The notes under the pieces are model-generated. The model was not told the DNA's origin. It saw nothing but the letters and a program-made list of their open reading frames with translations, and searched no databases. This document shows, in pieces, positions 24,958 to 28,294 of a stretch of DNA of 28,294 nt. The position numbers and the translations under genes were made by a program. The stretch covers positions 1 through 28,294 of IMG/VR virus record IMGVR_UViG_3300047510_000243. One strand, given 5' to 3'. How positions within the stretch are numbered: the stretch's first letter is position 1; each line of letters opens with the position of its first letter. This DNA is from a virus. Its lineage: Duplodnaviria; Caudoviricetes.

Positions 24958-25157
24958 TTCTTCTTCCGGTTGTCGTTGATAATCACCGGGAACCGATCTC
25001 CGAACCCGTCAAACGTCAGCCGGTCCAACCTAGCTGCCATCGTCCTGCGGATCACCTGCTTCCCGTTCCACTTGAACCGATAGCCAGCAAGGTGGTACTC
25101 CGTTATTTCCTTGAGATCGGCTATCAGTGCATCGACTATTCTCTGCTCGTCTGTCAT
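24954..25157 (-). CDS. Hypothetical protein
   Basis: 67-aa ORF with ATGA overlaps. Confidence 0.65.
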   Translation of the reverse strand: MTDEQRIVDALIADLKEITEYHLAGYRFKWNGKQVIRRTMAARLDRLTFDGFGDRFPVIINDNRKKK

Positions 25158-25534
25158 GGTTTGGTATTGGGGGAAACCCTAACCTGGAATTGAACGTCTG
25201 ACTTTGAAAATTTGTTGAATTCTTTTCTAACTTCAGGAAGAACGGCAGTTAACGGTTTAACTGGAACCTCTAAAAACAACCAATCGGGGCTAACGCTGAT
25301 GATTTTCGCCTGCTCTTTGAATGCTTTCATCAGACCAGTGGCTTCGTGGAAATGTTGAAAGCAAGTCCAGTTGTAATGAACAAGCAGGGCTTTTTCTGCC
25401 TCTTTTTTCATTTCTTGTAATTCACGAATCCAGTCAGTTAGCAACCACACTTTTTCTGATGGGTTTGCATTCAGGTTATCAACTACTTTGTTGATTGACT
25501 CAAACAGGTTGTTACTTGTTTTGCGATTGCTCAT
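25154..25534 (-). CDS. Hypothetical AT-rich protein
   Basis: 126 aa, AAGGAG RBS, ATGA overlaps. Confidence 0.7.
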   Translation of the reverse strand: MSNRKTSNNLFESINKVVDNLNANPSEKVWLLTDWIRELQEMKKEAEKALLVHYNWTCFQHFHEATGLMKAFKEQAKIISVSPDWLFLEVPVKPLTAVLPEVRKEFNKFSKSDVQFQVRVSPNTKP

Positions 25535-25875
25535 TTATCTCTCCTTAAAAGTTGCTTCATGTTCGCCAGCGCAGACCGACCGACGTCCGTCTGAACCTTT
25601 GGGGCTGGCAGTGCGTCGTAGGTTCGATGCTCTACTCGGTCGAAGTCCTTGCACATCCCGATGAACTCGGAAAGGTTTGGAGGCCATTCGCGTTTCTGAT
25701 GCGGCAGAGCGTCCATCACCTTTCGCAAAACATCCGGCTTGCAGGCTTGCAGGAAGTTATTCCAGGCTTCCTTCGCTGGCATGATTGCGTTGTCGTCATG
25801 CTCAAACATGACTTTGAACTTCTGCGCCCCGTACAGAGCGACAAACCTCTCAAAAACTCGGTCCGCTAAGTGCAT
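25531..25875 (-). CDS. Replication protein P-like / helicase-loader-like protein
   Basis: 'YGAQKF...EWPPNLSEFIGMCK' motif; directly downstream of the initiator. Confidence 0.65.
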   Translation of the reverse strand: MHLADRVFERFVALYGAQKFKVMFEHDDNAIMPAKEAWNNFLQACKPDVLRKVMDALPHQKREWPPNLSEFIGMCKDFDRVEHRTYDALPAPKVQTDVGRSALANMKQLLRRDK

Positions 25876-26515
25876 TTAATCGCTCCTGATAATCAGCGTC
25901 GATAACCGTCACAACATCCGGCTGGCGTCGGCCTAGCAACAGGTCGAGTTTGTCATCTCGCTTGGCAGGTTGTGAATTGGTGGAAACCCTAGTGTTGCGA
26001 ATCCAGTTGCGCCACGTTGCTGTCCAGTCTGTCTTGACACCCTTCTGCCCAGGCTGTGCGATCCAGTAGTCGCGGAACGAGTCGAAGACCTCCAGAGGCT
26101 TCAGGTCAGGACGTTTGCTACAGCAGAACTCTTGCCAGTCGTCAGGAAGGCTAGTCAGGTCGAATCGAGTACCTCTATTCTTTTGACGGTTCTCTGACGG
26201 TTCCCTTATGGTTAAGGGTGAACGTGGTTCGGGGGTGGGGTGAATATTGTTCGGGGGTGAACCTGCTTCGGGGGTCATGACGTACAAAGTAGCCCGTCCG
26301 GTCCTAAACTGACGGGTCAAGTAGCCATGCTTTTCTAGCCAGCCAATCGCTGTTTGCACTGCTCTGTCAGACAATGAGCACTTGCGTTCAAGCAGCGAGA
26401 CGCTCGGGAAGCAATGCCCCTGATCGTTCGCGTTGTCGCACAAAGCAAGAAGCACAAGTTTCTGCGTAGCTGGCACGTTTGCATCAAAAGCGACACACAT
26501 TAACTTAATGCTCAT
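25850..26515 (-). CDS. Replication initiator (N-terminal wHTH, lambda O analogue)
   Basis: MSIKLM...KLVLLALCDNANDQGHCFPSV..., C-terminal 'FRDYW...KTDWTATWRNWIR', and internal iterons. Confidence 0.85.
   Translation of the reverse strand: MSIKLMCVAFDANVPATQKLVLLALCDNANDQGHCFPSVSLLERKCSLSDRAVQTAIGWLEKHGYLTRQFRTGRATLYVMTPEAGSPPNNIHPTPEPRSPLTIREPSENRQKNRGTRFDLTSLPDDWQEFCCSKRPDLKPLEVFDSFRDYWIAQPGQKGVKTDWTATWRNWIRNTRVSTNSQPAKRDDKLDLLLGRRQPDVVTVIDADYQERLNALSGPSF
26183..26275. repeat. Putative replication origin: three GGTGAA-N5-TTCGGGGG iterons plus a TGACGGTTC duplication
   Basis: ggtgaacgtggttcggggg, ggtgaatattgttcggggg and ggtgaacctgcttcggggg lie within the initiator linker. Confidence 0.7.
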
Positions 26516-27026
26516 CGGTGTTTTCCTCGTAAGAAAGCACAAGACGATTTAAGTCTTCGCAATATGCGTCGTTATCTAGCCATCTTGTAAATGCTTCAAT
26601 AAAAGGAAGGCTTGCGTTTTTATTAAAGAAAAACAACAAAACGCCTAAATAGAAACTAACTTCATAACTAAAAACCCTTGGGTGCAATTGGCCGACATAG
26701 CGACCGTTATTTTGATTTGCAACGAGTGCTGACATTAACTCTGCAATGTCAAGTTGTGCATACGGCAAAAGATTGTTAATCGTTTCCTTCTGCTTATGCA
26801 CAAACTCATGACAATCACGGCACAAACAGACGAAATTGCTTAACTCATACTCCCAAGGAGCATGATCGCGTTTGTAGTTCTTGTGGTGAACGTTTAACGT
26901 CGTTTCTTTGTCGCCGCATCGTTCGCAAGCAAATCCAGCGCGTTGCATCGTGTCAAGACGCGCTTTCTGCCATCGAGGATCGCGGAGCAACTCAAGATAG
27001 CTCTCAGCTTTCTTACGCTTACGCAA
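26505..27026 (-). CDS. HNH endonuclease-like protein
   Basis: 'LRDPRWQK...CERCG...LNVHH...PWEY...LCRDCH'; TTG start with GGAG RBS; AT-rich C-terminal half. Confidence 0.8.
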   Translation of the reverse strand: MRKRKKAESYLELLRDPRWQKARLDTMQRAGFACERCGDKETTLNVHHKNYKRDHAPWEYELSNFVCLCRDCHEFVHKQKETINNLLPYAQLDIAELMSALVANQNNGRYVGQLHPRVFSYEVSFYLGVLLFFFNKNASLPFIEAFTRWLDNDAYCEDLNRLVLSYEENTDEH

Positions 27027-27161
27027 GACAATCTCCAGTGGTGGACGACCCCAGTGTGAGAATTACCGGGGGCTTTCCACCGTTGCAGTGGTACTACGGC
27101 ATCTGAGGCCGTCCCCGCTGGAGACTGCTTGCGATGCCCCTTTTGCGCTTCTCACGGCGCA
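27023..27161 (-). ncRNA. Candidate C4/CI-like structured RNA (element 2) in the HNH/replication leader
   Basis: The 5' hairpin loop CGTGAGAA is complementary to loop TTCTCAC of a multi-branch structure closed by GCAAGCAGTCTCCAGCGGGGACG/CGTCCACCACTGGAGATTGTCTTGC. Confidence 0.6.
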
Positions 27162-27166
27162 GAAAC

Positions 27167-27195
27167 AGTCTACAACAGGAGGCTACCGCAAGCAA
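27167..27195 (-). promoter_or_regulatory. Sigma70-like promoter of the replication operon
   Basis: TTGCTT-N17-TAGACT, with TG immediately 5' of the -10 box. Confidence 0.55.
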
Positions 27196-27220
27196 TAGCC
27201 CCTGTGTAGTAGGGAAAACC

Positions 27221-27367
27221 CTAAAAACAGTTCGTGTTGCAATTCGCTCCGTAGCAGCACGTTGTGCACGTGACATACCTACCGTTGACGAAGTAGGTGT
27301 GCGTGCTACAAGCAGCGTAGACAGCAGCAGAACACAGCATCAAGCCAGCAAAAATCAACTTCTTCAT
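27221..27367 (-). CDS. Secreted Cys-rich microprotein (48 aa)
   Basis: Manual translation MKKLIFAGLMLCSAAVYAACSTHTYFVNGRYVTCTTCCYGANCNTNCF; AAGGAG RBS. Confidence 0.8.
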   Translation of the reverse strand: MKKLIFAGLMLCSAAVYAACSTHTYFVNGRYVTCTTCCYGANCNTNCF

Positions 27368-27450
27368 GTCAATCTCCTTGTGAAAAATTACCGGAACAAA
27401 TAAATCACGCCCTCGCTAACCCGTGAAAATGCGGGGAAAACGTCTCAAAA

Positions 27451-27720
27451 CTAACCTTTTCCCCACGCAGCCACCAACGTCTTCCTGAAAGCATCCTCCC
27501 ACGCCTCCCGCCTCTCCTCCCCTGTCATCTTCGCCCCTTGGTCAATCGCAAAATGGCAGGTCTGGCAGAGCGCAGCCACGAAACAATCGTGCGCCTTCAT
27601 CCCCATCCCCTTCCCGTATGCACCCCAATTGGCATGAGCAGCTTGCGTCTGACCCGACATACCGCATCGCTGGCAGTCAAGACTCGCTACCGCTTTGAGC
27701 CACGCTTTGTCGCGTACCAC
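27451..27720 (-). CDS. DUF968/Ref-like Zn-binding nuclease-type protein
   Basis: 'WLKAVASLDCQRCG...QAAHAN...GKGMGMKAHDCFVAALCQTCH'. Confidence 0.75.
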   Translation of the reverse strand: MVRDKAWLKAVASLDCQRCGMSGQTQAAHANWGAYGKGMGMKAHDCFVAALCQTCHFAIDQGAKMTGEERREAWEDAFRKTLVAAWGKG

Positions 27721-27974
27721 TTTAGGATCTCCTTTGCCAGTTCTTCCCGCCCTGCTGCACCCCTTGCCTTCTCGACACGCTCCATGTACTCCGTCCGTCT
27801 AGGCTTTGTCCAAGACAACACAGTTTGCGCCTCGCAATAAAGCGTGTAAGCCCTACTCTGCAAGCCAACTACGGTGCCATCAGGGAGAGTGACGAGTCTT
27901 GCGTTGTCGTGTCGCTGGTTGCACGCAAAACAGACATCTCGTCCGTCATCTGTAGACCGTGATTCGTCGCCCAT
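27687..27974 (-). CDS. Hypothetical protein (start uncertain, overlaps ninB)
   Basis: 95-aa ORF bridging ninB and the DUF968-like gene. Confidence 0.55.
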   Translation of the reverse strand: MGDESRSTDDGRDVCFACNQRHDNARLVTLPDGTVVGLQSRAYTLYCEAQTVLSWTKPRRTEYMERVEKARGAAGREELAKEILKWYATKRGSKR

Positions 27975-28294
27975 GCCAGCACCTGCTCTACATAGTCTGA
28001 AAACTGCGCCTTCGTCAGCCCCGTTGTCGTCGGCTCTGACTCCATCACCTGCCCGTTGGGTAGCTCGATCATCCTTCCCGGCAAATATCGAGTCTTAAAG
28101 TAAGCGTGCCAAACGTCTTGATCGTGCGCCTGATTCTGCGGACGTATCTGCTCGCTGATCGCTGCTAACGTGGCCCAATAAAACGAGTTCTGTGCGCTTG
28201 TTCTGTTGGGTGGCTCTATCCGTACCACCCAGCCCTGCCGAGCGTTCTTAACGGCCTCTACAGCCCTCTGTCGGGCAGTGTCGTGCGCGAGAGT
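27869..28294 (-). CDS. ninB: NinB/Orf-like recombination protein (5' end outside the window)
   Basis: Frame is open to the window edge (...AHDTARQRAVEAVKNARQGWVVRI), followed by 'RTSAQNSFYW', 'WHAYFK' and 'TTTGLTKAQFSDYVE'. Confidence 0.8.
   Translation of the reverse strand, partial: TLAHDTARQRAVEAVKNARQGWVVRIEPPNRTSAQNSFYWATLAAISEQIRPQNQAHDQDVWHAYFKTRYLPGRMIELPNGQVMESEPTTTGLTKAQFSDYVEQVLAWATNHGLQMTDEMSVLRATSDTTTQDSSLSLMAP

Noticed and set aside
26210-26280. CRISPR-like mini array
   Set aside because: The repeats are short and nearly abutting without 30-nt spacers, and they lie inside the initiator CDS, which fits iterons.
27030-27130. tRNA gene
   Set aside because: The fold is cloverleaf-like but lacks the T-loop TTCG consensus, D-loop GG spacing and 7-bp acceptor geometry.
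1-28294. Diversity-generating retroelement as in BPP-1
   Set aside because: No reverse transcriptase is present, and I found no template/variable repeat pair with adenine-specific mismatches. The 24.1-24.5 kb repeat is not in a fibre gene.

Overview
This window is about 28 kb of a tailed dsDNA phage (or prophage) genome, with every credible gene on the minus strand. In transcription order (right to left): a lambdoid early region (truncated NinB, DUF968-like nuclease, HNH, HTH replication initiator with internal iterons, P-like protein, NrdR-like Zn ribbon, mosaic small ORFs); large terminase; a ~450-bp structured non-coding region; cupin and small basic genes; a four-gene head-spike/fibre cassette; a podovirus (BPP-1/uvMED/T7-like) morphogenesis module (portal, scaffold, major capsid, tail tubular A/B, four internal-virion proteins, tail fibre); and a lysis cassette (membrane proteins, holin, GH108 endolysin cut by the window edge). 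The most interesting signals are: (1) two paralogous promoter-driven RNA elements whose 5' hairpin loops pair with a distal single-stranded segment and show a compensatory change, resembling P4 CI / P1 C4 antisense RNAs; (2) a ~265-nt closed multi-stem RNA with GNRA tetraloops after terL; (3) a GTA-like head-spike base followed by a triple acidic-repeat adaptor whose repeat recurs in the tail nozzle; (4) an HhH-GPD glycosylase-like motif in a putative ejected protein; (5) a secreted 6-Cys microprotein. All family assignments come from motif recognition by eye, not database searches.
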